34,321 nucleotides of DNA from Candidatus Woesearchaeota archaeon (GTDB lineage Archaea; Nanobdellota; Nanobdellia; SCGC-AAA011-G17; GW2011-AR20): the NCBI GenBank assembly GCA_018302685.1, contig JAGVZK010000009.1:1-34321 (forward strand), read 5' to 3'. Positions within the stretch are counted from its first letter, which is position 1; each line of letters begins with the position of its first letter. Positions 1-8,545 of this stretch are shown here, piece after piece. The notes beneath the pieces are model-generated. The model searched no databases. It saw only the letters and a program-made list of their open reading frames with translations, and was not told the DNA's origin. The translations under genes and the position numbers were made by a program.

Positions 1-726
1 TCCGACAACCATCCCCCCTTTTGGCGCTCTTGTGAGTGTTGTTGCTGTTTTTGCCTTTAAGCCTCCAAGAAAAAGCAGAGATCCTGTTTTCAATAATCCC
101 CCCCCCAAAACTTCAAATTTGCCCTGTATTGTTTCCGGAAGCCTTTTTTCCACACTGAAAACGGCATACAGCTTTTCATTTTCTTTTATTTCTAAATCGC
201 CGGAACCAAAATCTATCTCTGCGTCTTTAGTCCCAAGAAAGTATTCTGAATAAGTATAATCTGCGTTTGAAGGGAAATTATGGCTGAGCCACTGTTCGAA
301 ATCATCTATGTTTATTTTACCACCTTCTATATCTGTTTTTCCCATCTTTATTTCGCTCCCAATGAAACAACTTGTGCCTCCGAGGCCCCTGTCTGTAAAG
401 AAATCCACCTTGCCCTCACTGTACATCCTCCATGTGTCATGCATAGCATTTGCCAAAACTTCATAGACTTCAAATCTGCTTCCTTCAGCAGTATCCCTAA
501 ATGTTACGCATGGATTCTTAAAATTTACCAGAGGCACCCCAAGAGCAGGATCTTTTACAGAGCTTTGAAACACAGTCCAGGACCTGCATGCAGAAATGTC
601 GACCCCTCTTTTAGAGCCTCCTGTAATCAGCGAAGTTGAGTAGATTATTATAACCCCAATTATCAGAACCAAGATAATCTTCGCCAATGTTCCATACTTA
701 AAATCCCCTCTTTTATCCCAAAACAT
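1..726 (-). CDS. hypothetical membrane-anchored protein; C-terminus lies beyond the window edge (242 codons visible)
   Basis: Absent from the ORF track because it has no stop in the window. Plus-strand triplets read from nt 1 contain no tta/cta/tca up to 726, and there is an ATG at 726-724 on the minus strand. The translation begins MFWDKRGDFKYGTLAKIILVLIIGVIIIYSTSL, giving one N-terminal TM helix. It overlaps the upstream mini-ORF by 14 nt on the same strand as the pilus-like operon. Plus-strand ORFs 32-253 and 280-639 are its antisense shadows. Confidence 0.6.
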   Translation of the reverse strand, partial: MFWDKRGDFKYGTLAKIILVLIIGVIIIYSTSLITGGSKRGVDISACRSWTVFQSSVKDPALGVPLVNFKNPCVTFRDTAEGSRFEVYEVLANAMHDTWRMYSEGKVDFFTDRGLGGTSCFIGSEIKMGKTDIEGGKINIDDFEQWLSHNFPSNADYTYSEYFLGTKDAEIDFGSGDLEIKENEKLYAVFSVEKRLPETIQGKFEVLGGGLLKTGSLLFLGGLKAKTATTLTRAPKGGMVVG

Positions 727-823
727 TTTTCAGCCCATTTGTTATTATCACATAAACTATCACTATAAGGATTATTGTGATTGCTATTAATATAAGCTCT
801 GTTGTTGCGATTGCCTTTTTCAT
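713..823 (-). CDS. 36-aa Flp/class III-signal-like mini-pilin candidate
   Basis: Hand translation of the minus strand gives MKKAIATTELILIAITIILIVIVYVIITNGLKNVLG then TAA. The ATG at 823-821 lies 1 nt after the stop (827-825) of the 721-aa membrane protein (TAAAATG), which suggests translational coupling. The sequence has a KKA basic head, Glu at +5 if cleaved after Ala4, then about 20 hydrophobic residues. It is below the 60-aa ORF-track cutoff. Confidence 0.45.
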   Translation of the reverse strand: MKKAIATTELILIAITIILIVIVYVIITNGLKNVLG

Positions 824-824
824 T

Positions 825-2990
825 TTAGCCCAGTTGGATGTTTGTTGCAAGCAGCGTAAATATTAATGTCACAAACAACGAAATTATGAAGTACAATATT
901 CCTGAAGATAATAAATTTTTGCTTATCTTATTTTCCGCGGATATTTTGTTTCCTGATTCTATGCTGTTTGCCAGCGCTGTCAGGATGACCACAATCTCTA
1001 TCACATAAATCCCTATCACAAGCTGAAGAAAGTAGCTTGGAATTATGCTTGGTATCTCAAACAATCCAGTGAGGCCTTCAAGCCCACCCAGGCTCGCTTC
1101 GCCGCCTTGGCTTGTCGATTCCAGGAGGAGCAATGACAATCTTCCCAGAATTGTAACTATCATAGTAGATATTCCAACGACAATGCCCGCTATTATCGGA
1201 GTCAGGAAGGATATCTGTGACTTCATTGATGAAAGGGTTTCTGACAGCAAATCCTTCAGCCTTTCATTTACCTGATGGATCCTTTCGAAGTACGCTGATA
1301 TTGAAGTCAAGGATTTTGAAACCACCTGAGGACCTTTCCTTGAACTTTCCAACAAAACTTTCATTGAGCTTTCAATCAGGTTTGAAGGGTACTTTGCAAT
1401 CGCACCGATGTTTTTGTCGAAAATAGCCCTTTTTACATCTGCTCCAAATTTTTGAATATTGCTTGACACTAACTGAAAGAAATTTCCTGTGGGAGTGCCG
1501 TGCATGTTTCCTGCCACATCGCCGAAGGCAAGTTCAACAGGGACTCCGTCACCTATTCTGTTGCCCAGCTGGAACAGGCTTCCCGAAAATTCCAGCTCCA
1601 GCTTTTGAGTTTCCTCATTTATCTTTGTCAGCTTTCTGGACCTTATTCCAAAGTACAGTGAGAGCGCCAGTGCGAGCCCAAGCGGAAGGAAAAGGGACAG
1701 CAAAACGGCGCCTGATCCAAAAGGCCCATAGCAAGTTTGTTCAAGACTGCAGAAGCCTCCGTTCTGCTGCCTGAAGTCAACGAACTTAGCCCCAAGAAAA
1801 CTGAAGTCTGCTCCAACGGAATACATTATAATCGGCACAAGAGAGATTATCAAAAATACCATAAAAATGAACAGTGCTATTATTGCCGGGTCAATGTACA
1901 GCTCGGAATTTCCCGCTTTTACAATTATATTCTTGTACTTTTCATATTCCCTTTTTTCTATCAGTTGCGTGTCCGAGTATCCGGTCGGTTTTTTTGAAAG
2001 AATATTTATTCCGAACAGGTAAACCCCTACTGGCAGAACAATGTTATACAGTGCGAATATAACCAAAATTTTCGTCAGCGAGGATCCCCCCATCAAAGAG
2101 CCTATCAACGGCAAGATGACAAGGCCAAGAATTGGAAGCACAACTCCTATCATGTTTATTATTGTGATGGGATTTTTCAACTCCTGAGAATAGTGAAGCA
2201 TTTTTTCATAAGTCCGGTTTAGAATGATGTCCAATGCTTTTTCCAAGAGTGTCACCCTTCTCTCATCAGACGGCTCCTGCAGAGACGCTGTTATCAAATG
2301 GAAGGACTCAACGAATTCAAGGGAATATTCCCTCCATCCTTCAAGATAATAATCAAGGGACTCTTTTATTGTTGAAAATCTTCCAGTTTCAACGTCCCAG
2401 AATATCTTTCTCAAGTCAAGCGCCAAGGGGTTTCCAACGTGGTCTGCCGCGAATTTTATTGCAAGCTCAAGATTTGAGGTGTGCCTCATGTACATTACTA
2501 TGTAAAGAATGCAGAGGACCATCTGGTTTGACACCTTGAGCCTCCAATTTGATGCAATGTAATTTGGAATGTTTGATACTAACTTTACAGAGAACAGCAA
2601 AACTATCACTACAATCAGAGTTACAAGGATTAAATTTGTGTTTATCCCGCCAGTTCCTAAAAATGAAAGCGCATTCACTAAAAGAAGAAGGATGAAAACA
2701 AGCAATGAAGCAAGGACTGCAAAGCTGTATGCCCCGATAGGAGTTATGTTAATGTGGGCGGCCTCTATTGACTCCTGCAGCTTTTCATAATCTTTTTTGT
2801 TCGGCTCGACGTTTAATATTTTCTCAGAGGAATTGCACATGCTTTCATATGATGAAACCCTCCTTGTCAGGAGCTCTTTTTTGAATTCCTTGTATTCATA
2901 TGAGAATGTTTCAGAAGGAGAGTAATCCTTTATTTCGTTGTTTATCTTAGATTTGTATTTATTTAGAATGTTCTCTGTTTCCTTGTCCAT
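825..2990 (-). CDS. polytopic membrane protein; FlaJ/TadC-like (T2SS-F-like) pilus platform candidate
   Basis: 721-aa ORF with a soluble N-terminal region of about 90 aa followed by many long hydrophobic segments. It sits in an operon directly downstream of a secretion ATPase, the usual ATPase/platform pairing in archaeal type IV pilus loci. Family assignment rests on context and topology only. All plus-strand ORFs at 1045-2790 are antisense shadows. Confidence 0.6.
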   Translation of the reverse strand: MDKETENILNKYKSKINNEIKDYSPSETFSYEYKEFKKELLTRRVSSYESMCNSSEKILNVEPNKKDYEKLQESIEAAHINITPIGAYSFAVLASLLVFILLLLVNALSFLGTGGINTNLILVTLIVVIVLLFSVKLVSNIPNYIASNWRLKVSNQMVLCILYIVMYMRHTSNLELAIKFAADHVGNPLALDLRKIFWDVETGRFSTIKESLDYYLEGWREYSLEFVESFHLITASLQEPSDERRVTLLEKALDIILNRTYEKMLHYSQELKNPITIINMIGVVLPILGLVILPLIGSLMGGSSLTKILVIFALYNIVLPVGVYLFGINILSKKPTGYSDTQLIEKREYEKYKNIIVKAGNSELYIDPAIIALFIFMVFLIISLVPIIMYSVGADFSFLGAKFVDFRQQNGGFCSLEQTCYGPFGSGAVLLSLFLPLGLALALSLYFGIRSRKLTKINEETQKLELEFSGSLFQLGNRIGDGVPVELAFGDVAGNMHGTPTGNFFQLVSSNIQKFGADVKRAIFDKNIGAIAKYPSNLIESSMKVLLESSRKGPQVVSKSLTSISAYFERIHQVNERLKDLLSETLSSMKSQISFLTPIIAGIVVGISTMIVTILGRLSLLLLESTSQGGEASLGGLEGLTGLFEIPSIIPSYFLQLVIGIYVIEIVVILTALANSIESGNKISAENKISKNLLSSGILYFIISLFVTLIFTLLATNIQLG

Positions 2991-2994
2991 TGAA

Positions 2995-3489
2995 TTACCT
3001 CTTTTTTTTACTGAAAAATATGATCAATAAAACCACTGCCAGAATCATCAATCCGAGACTTATAGATGTGAAGTTGCTGGGCTGCCTAGGCTCTTCAATT
3101 TCCTCAGCCTGCACTTCTTCAATTTCCTCAGCCTGCACTTCTTCAATTTCCTCAGCCACACTGCCAAGACATGCTGTGTTGGAGCATGATTCATCGCATT
3201 CACGGTCTTCGTCCGAATAAATTAGCTTCAATTTTGCGCTTAAATCATAGATTGTCAGAGGCTCTATCTTCAGATTGCTGATTTCAATCTCATTCCCTCT
3301 TTCAATGATGCTCCTTTCATTGTTCACACAGATTACAATTGATTTTTTGTCATTTCCTATTCCAATCAGAGTTAGATTGTTTCCAGCAATTTCATAGCTG
3401 TCCAAATATCTTACTTCCTGCTCGATTGTTTTTGCCTGAACGATCAGCGCTCCGATAAGGAGCATTATTAAAAGTAATGTCTTTTTCAT
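2995..3489 (-). CDS. secreted, C-terminally membrane-anchored protein with an acidic EEIEEVQA repeat
   Basis: The N-terminal signal peptide is MKKTLLLIMLLIGALIVQA. A Cys cluster (CDESCSNTAC) and an EEIEEVQAEEIEEVQAEEIEE repeat follow. The C-terminal TM helix LGLMILAVVLLIIFF is followed by SKKKR. The gene lies between the ATPase and the platform gene. Confidence 0.75.
   Translation of the reverse strand: MKKTLLLIMLLIGALIVQAKTIEQEVRYLDSYEIAGNNLTLIGIGNDKKSIVICVNNERSIIERGNEIEISNLKIEPLTIYDLSAKLKLIYSDEDRECDESCSNTACLGSVAEEIEEVQAEEIEEVQAEEIEEPRQPSNFTSISLGLMILAVVLLIIFFSKKKR
3094..3157. repeat. perfect 24-bp tandem repeat, about 2.7 copies (unit ttcaatttcctcagcctgcacttc)
   Basis: Copies at 3094-3117 and 3118-3141 are identical, and a third partial copy spans 3142-3157. 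The repeat is in frame and encodes EEIEEVQA units of the 164-aa protein. Confidence 0.95.
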
Positions 3490-3511
3490 AGATGCCTACT
3501 CTCCCGAGAAT

Positions 3512-5809
3512 TTAAATATATTGTGATTGCCACATGGATTTGTTTTTAATGCTTCTCTTCAGCCATTCTTCCCATTCAAAAAATATTTTTTTAGGGTCAT
3601 GGCTTCCGATTTCATTTTTTACACTTCCAGAAATTTGGTGAAACATGTCATTGCTCTTTATCACGAAGCTCGCCTCAAGAAGAGAGGGAATATCCATTGT
3701 TTCTGAATAGCTGACCAGAGTCTGCTTTATTTTTGCCCTTAGCATTATATTGTCCCATACAGCGTCCCAATTTCCAATATACTCTTTTATGTTTGACGCT
3801 ATGGATTTCAATGTTTCAGAATCGCCGTTGATCAGATCCTGGGTTGGCTCCAGAGTGTCCGTCTTGCTGTTGTACTTCATCAAATCGACGAATCCCTTTT
3901 CCCTTAATGGATCTTTTTCCCAATGCTTTCTCACCTCTGTTATCTGGAGGATTCTCCTATTTTTTGTCAAACCGTCAGCAGATCTTACGGGATTTGAGAC
4001 CACAATTATATCTGTTGCCTTGAAGCTTGTTCTTGGAACCTTCAAGTCGTTTACAACCCTATCGAATACCCCATAAGGATCAGCGCCGTGGATAGTTCCT
4101 GCAACAACATTTGACAATGCCCCTATTCTCATTGCTTCATACAATGCTGCAGCTTCTTTTGATCTTACTTCACCGATGATTAATGCACTGTCCCCAAATC
4201 TCAGGCTTGTCCTTATCCCCTCATCAGCCCCGAGCTCCGATGTTGTCTTTGTCAGAGCAGACCTTACTTTCATCGGCTGGATGTTGTAGTTAAGTTTTCT
4301 CAGATAATCGACCTGAAGCTCCTGGGTGTCTTCGATTGTTATTATTCTGTATTTTCTCATTATTTCAACCAGCGTGGACCCTAAGACGCTTGTCTTTCCC
4401 GAGCTTCTTGTTCCTGCGAAGAGGATAGTCCTATTTCCGTCAACCAAAAAACTGAGCAGTCCCGCTGCCAAGGGGCTCATCATCCTGTTCTTGATGAATA
4501 AAGGGTATGTCCATGGGTTGTCCCTGTGCCTTCTTAATGCGAAGGCTAATCCGACAGGATTCAGCGGTTTGTTCATAACTGACACCCTTGCCCTTGCCTT
4601 TTCCGTCGACAGTTCGGTGTCCAAAATAGGATTCGCCTCGTCCAGAGGCCTTCCTGAAAGAATCCTAAACTTGGAAGCCCATGATTCGCCGTCCTCTTTA
4701 TTTGGGATTATATTTGTTATGCATTCATCGTAATCCTGATGCACAACAAAGATCGGACTCTCCCCTATAGGCCCGTTTATCGTTATATCCTGTATTTTTG
4801 GATCTTCCAACAGGACTTCTATCAATCCAAATCCAACAGTGTACCTGACTAGAATTTTTGACAGATTGTTCAACTGGCCGCTGCTCAGCTCAATTCCCTT
4901 ATGGTTTGCCAGCTCATTGATTAAATCCTTTCCTATGTTGATGAATGTCTGCCTCATTCTTGATGGATCTACAAAATTATCTTTCTCAGGTTTTGTTTCT
5001 ATCAGCGCATTCCTCGCTAAATCTAACAGTTCATATTCATCCTCGCTTAGCTTGAATTCAGGAGGATTAAGGTGATATAAGTTCTGAATTTCTCCAGGGA
5101 TTTTGAATATGTTTACCTCTGTCTCTTTACCCACTGAATAGGAATCCAATTCTTCCCCGTTTAATGGGGGCGTTGCCATTATTTTTGTAAACATGAAGTC
5201 AGGCGTCAGAGTTGGCTTCAGGATATACCTGTATATCTCTCTTGAGCCCACTTCATGCCCATTTAAATACTCTTTTGAGAGAGATATCATCTTAGTATTT
5301 TCCAACAACCTAAGAAGTTTTGTCAGCAGCTCAAGATAGTCTGTTCTTATGCTTGACTCATTGAAAAACTCTGTTTTTTCCAGCTTTATCTTTTCTTCCC
5401 TGATCATCCTCTTTATCTCTACATAAGCCCCTATGGGATCCTGCTTCAGTCTCCCCATTATCAATCTCTGAATGTTAACAGATGAGAATTCGGAATATGC
5501 GCCTATGCTTCTGTTTAATGAAAGATTTATTATGTTTTTTTCGTGAATCAGGTACTTGTACAAATTTGCTATTTCCTTCAAGATTGAGGTCTGGTCGTAG
5601 TTGTATTCGTAATTCCTCCTGTCGAGAAGGACTATCTTTGAGGCGGAAGGAACCTCTATCAGCTTGTCAATCACCAAAGCCATCCCTGTGGAGCTGCTTT
5701 CGATGGTTGGAAGATGCGGACAACCAAAACAGTTTATCCTAAGGACGTCACTGTTCCCCTCTTTTATGATTTCGTGCTCGCACGGCTTCAGTTTCCTGTT
5801 AAAATCCAT
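3512..5809 (-). CDS. type II/IV secretion-system ATPase (FlaI/GspE/VirB11/TadA superfamily)
   Basis: Motifs present are Walker A FAGTRSSGKTS, Asp box IITIEDTQEL, Walker B IIGEVRSKEA and His box GTIHGADP. The start is set at ATG 5809-5807 (MDFNRKLKPCEHE). The track's TTG start at 5932 would overlap the divergent gene and the TATA-rich spacer. The N-terminal region is long and includes a C..H / C..C.H cluster. Confidence 0.9.
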   Translation of the reverse strand: MDFNRKLKPCEHEIIKEGNSDVLRINCFGCPHLPTIESSSTGMALVIDKLIEVPSASKIVLLDRRNYEYNYDQTSILKEIANLYKYLIHEKNIINLSLNRSIGAYSEFSSVNIQRLIMGRLKQDPIGAYVEIKRMIREEKIKLEKTEFFNESSIRTDYLELLTKLLRLLENTKMISLSKEYLNGHEVGSREIYRYILKPTLTPDFMFTKIMATPPLNGEELDSYSVGKETEVNIFKIPGEIQNLYHLNPPEFKLSEDEYELLDLARNALIETKPEKDNFVDPSRMRQTFINIGKDLINELANHKGIELSSGQLNNLSKILVRYTVGFGLIEVLLEDPKIQDITINGPIGESPIFVVHQDYDECITNIIPNKEDGESWASKFRILSGRPLDEANPILDTELSTEKARARVSVMNKPLNPVGLAFALRRHRDNPWTYPLFIKNRMMSPLAAGLLSFLVDGNRTILFAGTRSSGKTSVLGSTLVEIMRKYRIITIEDTQELQVDYLRKLNYNIQPMKVRSALTKTTSELGADEGIRTSLRFGDSALIIGEVRSKEAAALYEAMRIGALSNVVAGTIHGADPYGVFDRVVNDLKVPRTSFKATDIIVVSNPVRSADGLTKNRRILQITEVRKHWEKDPLREKGFVDLMKYNSKTDTLEPTQDLINGDSETLKSIASNIKEYIGNWDAVWDNIMLRAKIKQTLVSYSETMDIPSLLEASFVIKSNDMFHQISGSVKNEIGSHDPKKIFFEWEEWLKRSIKNKSMWQSQYI

Positions 5810-5883
5810 CCTTGAGTTAAGTTTCAAGTATATAAAAAATTTTGTATAGAAACTTTTATATTGTTGGCAGAGAGATTTATTCA
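5810..5883. promoter_or_regulatory. divergent intergenic promoter region with TATA-like boxes
   Basis: The AT-rich spacer contains tatataaaaaa (about 5829-5840) and ttttatatt (about 5858-5866). These lie roughly 20-30 nt from ATG 5809 (minus strand) and ATG 5884 (plus strand), consistent with archaeal short-leader or leaderless transcripts. Confidence 0.4.
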
Positions 5884-6246
5884 ATGGATGGACAGGAAGA
5901 TTCTCTTGAAAGGCTGAGGCTGATTGAGTCAAGATACGGGATGCTGAGGGACAGGATGATTATTGTCAACCAGAACATGATTGATGAGTACAAAAAACTC
6001 AGCCAGAACATAAAAATTCTAGATTCAGAGATAAAGGATGTCAAGAAAGACATGATCCAAATCAAGGATGCCCTTAATGCTGTCTCGAGGGAACTCAAGA
6101 ATTTTTCAAAAGTTGAGGATTTTAAGGTTTTAGAAAAATATATTAACTTCTGGAACCCCCTTAAATTTGTAACCGAGGAAGAAGTTTTAAGAATAATCAA
6201 AGATAAAAGAGGTGTTGAGCATACCACAAGAAGAAAATCCAGATGA
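5884..6246 (+). CDS. hypothetical coiled-coil protein
   Basis: The start is taken at ATG 5884 (MDGQEDSLERL...). The track start at 5842 lies in the promoter spacer. The sequence is heptad-like and rich in K/E/I/L. Its 3' end overlaps the next ORF by 35 nt. Confidence 0.6.
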   Translation: MDGQEDSLERLRLIESRYGMLRDRMIIVNQNMIDEYKKLSQNIKILDSEIKDVKKDMIQIKDALNAVSRELKNFSKVEDFKVLEKYINFWNPLKFVTEEEVLRIIKDKRGVEHTTRRKSR

Positions 6247-6859
6247 ATGGGAAGACCAGGAAGAGAAGAGCAATGTTGATGTTCACGAGGCTGTTGGCAG
6301 GAAGTTGAATGGGCCGGCGGCTTCAGAAGTCTCTGATCCTCTGGGAGACTTGGACCAGTTTTCTGCGCCGGAATCTCCAAGTCCTGAAAGGAGCAGGTCC
6401 ACAGGATCAGGTTCTTTAGGCATTCCAGAGCCTCCAAATAGGTACTCTGATTACGGGGATGATTATCCGTTAGGGCAGCCTTCAAACTCTCAGGCTGGCT
6501 TTTCAGGGGGCTTTTCAGGGCAGCCGAATATTTCAACAGATATGATTCAGGAGATTACGGAAAGCGTTGTCGAGGAAAAATGGGATGAGCTGATGGACAA
6601 GGTTGGTGACTTAAGGCTTTGGAAGGAAAAGATAAACAGCGATATGACCTCTATAAAACAGGAGATCCTCAGAACCCAGAATAGGTTTGAAAACCTGCAG
6701 GCTGCTGTCTTGGGGAAAGTCCATGATTACAATGAGAATATAATAAATATCAACAATGAAATGAAGGCTTTGGAGAAGGTGTTTGAGAAGATACTGCAGC
6801 CGCTGACGGAGAATGTCAAGGAGCTCTCAAAAATAACTGATAAATTGAAGAAGAAATAA
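6212..6859 (+). CDS. hypothetical protein: acidic, disordered N-terminal half plus a C-terminal coiled coil
   Basis: Only GTG 6212 or TTG 6215 are available as starts, because this frame opens at 6197. The N-terminal half is P/S/G/D-rich (GFSGGFSGQ) and the C-terminal half is coiled-coil-like. It may be a second cistron or the frameshifted continuation of 5884-6246. Confidence 0.55.
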   Translation: MLSIPQEENPDEWEDQEEKSNVDVHEAVGRKLNGPAASEVSDPLGDLDQFSAPESPSPERSRSTGSGSLGIPEPPNRYSDYGDDYPLGQPSNSQAGFSGGFSGQPNISTDMIQEITESVVEEKWDELMDKVGDLRLWKEKINSDMTSIKQEILRTQNRFENLQAAVLGKVHDYNENIININNEMKALEKVFEKILQPLTENVKELSKITDKLKKK

Positions 6860-7387
6860 TTATCCTTTTTTTGCCAGCCCTTTGGAGACATTGCTTATCG
6901 CGAATAGGGCTATGACGAGAATCAGTATTGCCCCCAATATTCTTGGATGAAATATTGTCTTGAATCCTTCAGATGTTCTTGTTTTGTCTTCGCTTTGATC
7001 ATATGGAGACTGAGTATCTTGGAATACCACAGTTATCACGACTACCAAAAAAAGAATGACAACTATAAATATCGGCCAGAATGCCTCTTTTGTCACAGCA
7101 TTCATCACGCTTTCCTCTTTTGCGCCCCAGAACATCAGCACCGCTATCAGGAGGAAGCCTGCTATCGCCAAGACCAGAACCCACGGGGTAAACATGTTTA
7201 TTACATTCAATGCCTCTTTTGAAAATATGAACAGCATTGAGACTGAGAAGGCAGCGAGCAGTTTTGGCGCAACTTTATCCCCAAGCAGCTTGAATTTATC
7301 AAGGATTGCATAAGATATAACCAATATGAAGAGAAATGTAAATGCAGGGGTTAAAAATTCAAGTATTGATATGTCTAAAGTCGCCAT
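6860..7387 (-). CDS. membrane protein, paralog 1 of a tandem triplet (unknown family)
   Basis: The start is set at ATG 7387 (MATLDISILEFLTPAFTFLFILVISYAILDKFKLLG). It shares the N-terminal motif and the roughly 175-200 aa multi-TM layout with the two upstream genes. There is a 1-nt gap to the upstream stop. Confidence 0.75.
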   Translation of the reverse strand: MATLDISILEFLTPAFTFLFILVISYAILDKFKLLGDKVAPKLLAAFSVSMLFIFSKEALNVINMFTPWVLVLAIAGFLLIAVLMFWGAKEESVMNAVTKEAFWPIFIVVILFLVVVITVVFQDTQSPYDQSEDKTRTSEGFKTIFHPRILGAILILVIALFAISNVSKGLAKKG

Positions 7388-7388
7388 C

Positions 7389-7940
7389 TTATCTTCTTTG
7401 ATTTCTTTGGCCGAATATAAGCTCACCTAATTTTGCAGCATCCATCTTGTCATGTTGGTTACTCTTTGATCCTCCTCCAATCACAAGGGCAACTATAATA
7501 ACTATAACAACAATTGCTATGATGACATCAAAATTATACTGAATCCAGTATGGCAGTTCAAACCCTAGCGATGGAGACAGTGCCCAGTATATTGCAAACA
7601 ATGAGACTACTGCGCCTATCATTAATCCCACGTGCCCTAATCCTTTGTCAACCGGAGCGCCCATTATCCCGAATAAAATCAGCACCATGACTGCTATTAT
7701 TATGAAGAGAGATATCTTTGGCAGGAATGAGTTCAATGTGTAAACCAATGAAAACTGGGTCACGAATATCAAACCTAGTATTATTGCAACGACCGCATTT
7801 ATTCCCTTTTTCTCTTCCCCCAATATTTTTACCTTTTCCAGAATTGCGAATGTTACAGCAAATATCAGCAGAAACGGCAGAACATACTCATATATTCCTG
7901 AACCCTGAAGCGAATAAAATAAATCACCTGCGAAAACCAT
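7389..7940 (-). CDS. membrane protein, paralog 2 of a tandem triplet
   Basis: ATG 7940 is preceded by GGGGGAG (SD-like) and lies 2 nt after the upstream TGA. It carries the motif YEYVLPFLLIFAVTFAILEKVKILG. Confidence 0.8.
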   Translation of the reverse strand: MVFAGDLFYSLQGSGIYEYVLPFLLIFAVTFAILEKVKILGEEKKGINAVVAIILGLIFVTQFSLVYTLNSFLPKISLFIIIAVMVLILFGIMGAPVDKGLGHVGLMIGAVVSLFAIYWALSPSLGFELPYWIQYNFDVIIAIVVIVIIVALVIGGGSKSNQHDKMDAAKLGELIFGQRNQRR

Positions 7941-7942
7941 CT

Positions 7943-8545
7943 TCAATCTCCCCCCTTATTTTTAGATCCCCCGCCGCTTTTCGTGACGATAATTATTCCG
8001 GCGATGAGGACACCAAGTATTACAATTGAACCGACCACTGCTCCAGACCAATACTTTATGGCGTAGCCTATAGCATATTCCAGGACTGAAACTTCATCGC
8101 CCTGGTAGATGAAATAAATTGAGTTTAAGAATATCAGGACTACCCCGATGAACATTATGATTATGAATGCAATGTACCATCCATAGGTCGGAGTTCCTTT
8201 TTTTGTGAAATCCATTGGATCTTTTATGAATGTCCCGATCAAAATCAAGAAGCTGACTGAAATTACGACAAGAAGGACAATATTCGGCAGGGATTCATTT
8301 ATTGCCCTCACGACGTTTGCGGTCGCTACGACCAGCAGCCCGAACACAAATGAAACCATTGCGTTAAGGTTTTTATTTGGAATTGTCTCCTGGTCATCTT
8401 TCTTCCCTACTTTTGTAGTTCCGAGTATCTGAGTTTTCTCAAGAATTGCAAAAGTTAATGTAAAAGTCAGCAGGAACGGCAAAACTACGTCGAAGAATCC
8501 AAAATCCTGCAGAAATTCAACAGCCTGTCCTAAAGGGGATGCCAT
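7943..8545 (-). CDS. membrane protein, paralog 3 of a tandem triplet
   Basis: It carries the motif FDVVLPFLLTFTLTFAILEKTQILG. Its ATG 8545 overlaps the upstream TAA by 1 nt (TAATG). Confidence 0.8.
   Translation of the reverse strand: MASPLGQAVEFLQDFGFFDVVLPFLLTFTLTFAILEKTQILGTTKVGKKDDQETIPNKNLNAMVSFVFGLLVVATANVVRAINESLPNIVLLVVISVSFLILIGTFIKDPMDFTKKGTPTYGWYIAFIIIMFIGVVLIFLNSIYFIYQGDEVSVLEYAIGYAIKYWSGAVVGSIVILGVLIAGIIIVTKSGGGSKNKGGD

Noticed and set aside
32-639. Plus-strand ORFs lie at 32-253 and 280-639.
   Set aside because: The minus strand is open across the whole interval in one frame and yields a sensible TM-anchored protein that continues the operon. The plus-strand translations are Pro/Ser/Cys-rich, low-complexity sequence.
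1045-2790. A series of 60-100 aa plus-strand ORFs lies inside 825-2990.
   Set aside because: All are antisense to a single uninterrupted 721-aa membrane protein ORF and have no motifs or start context.
3094-3157. The tandem 24-bp repeats could be a CRISPR-like array.
   Set aside because: The units are directly adjacent with no spacers, are in frame, and encode an acidic peptide repeat within a clear ORF.
5810-5932. The ATPase ORF has an N-terminal extension (TTG start at 5932).
   Set aside because: It would run through the TATA-rich spacer and overlap the divergent gene. ATG 5809 gives a compact gene with an upstream promoter-like sequence.
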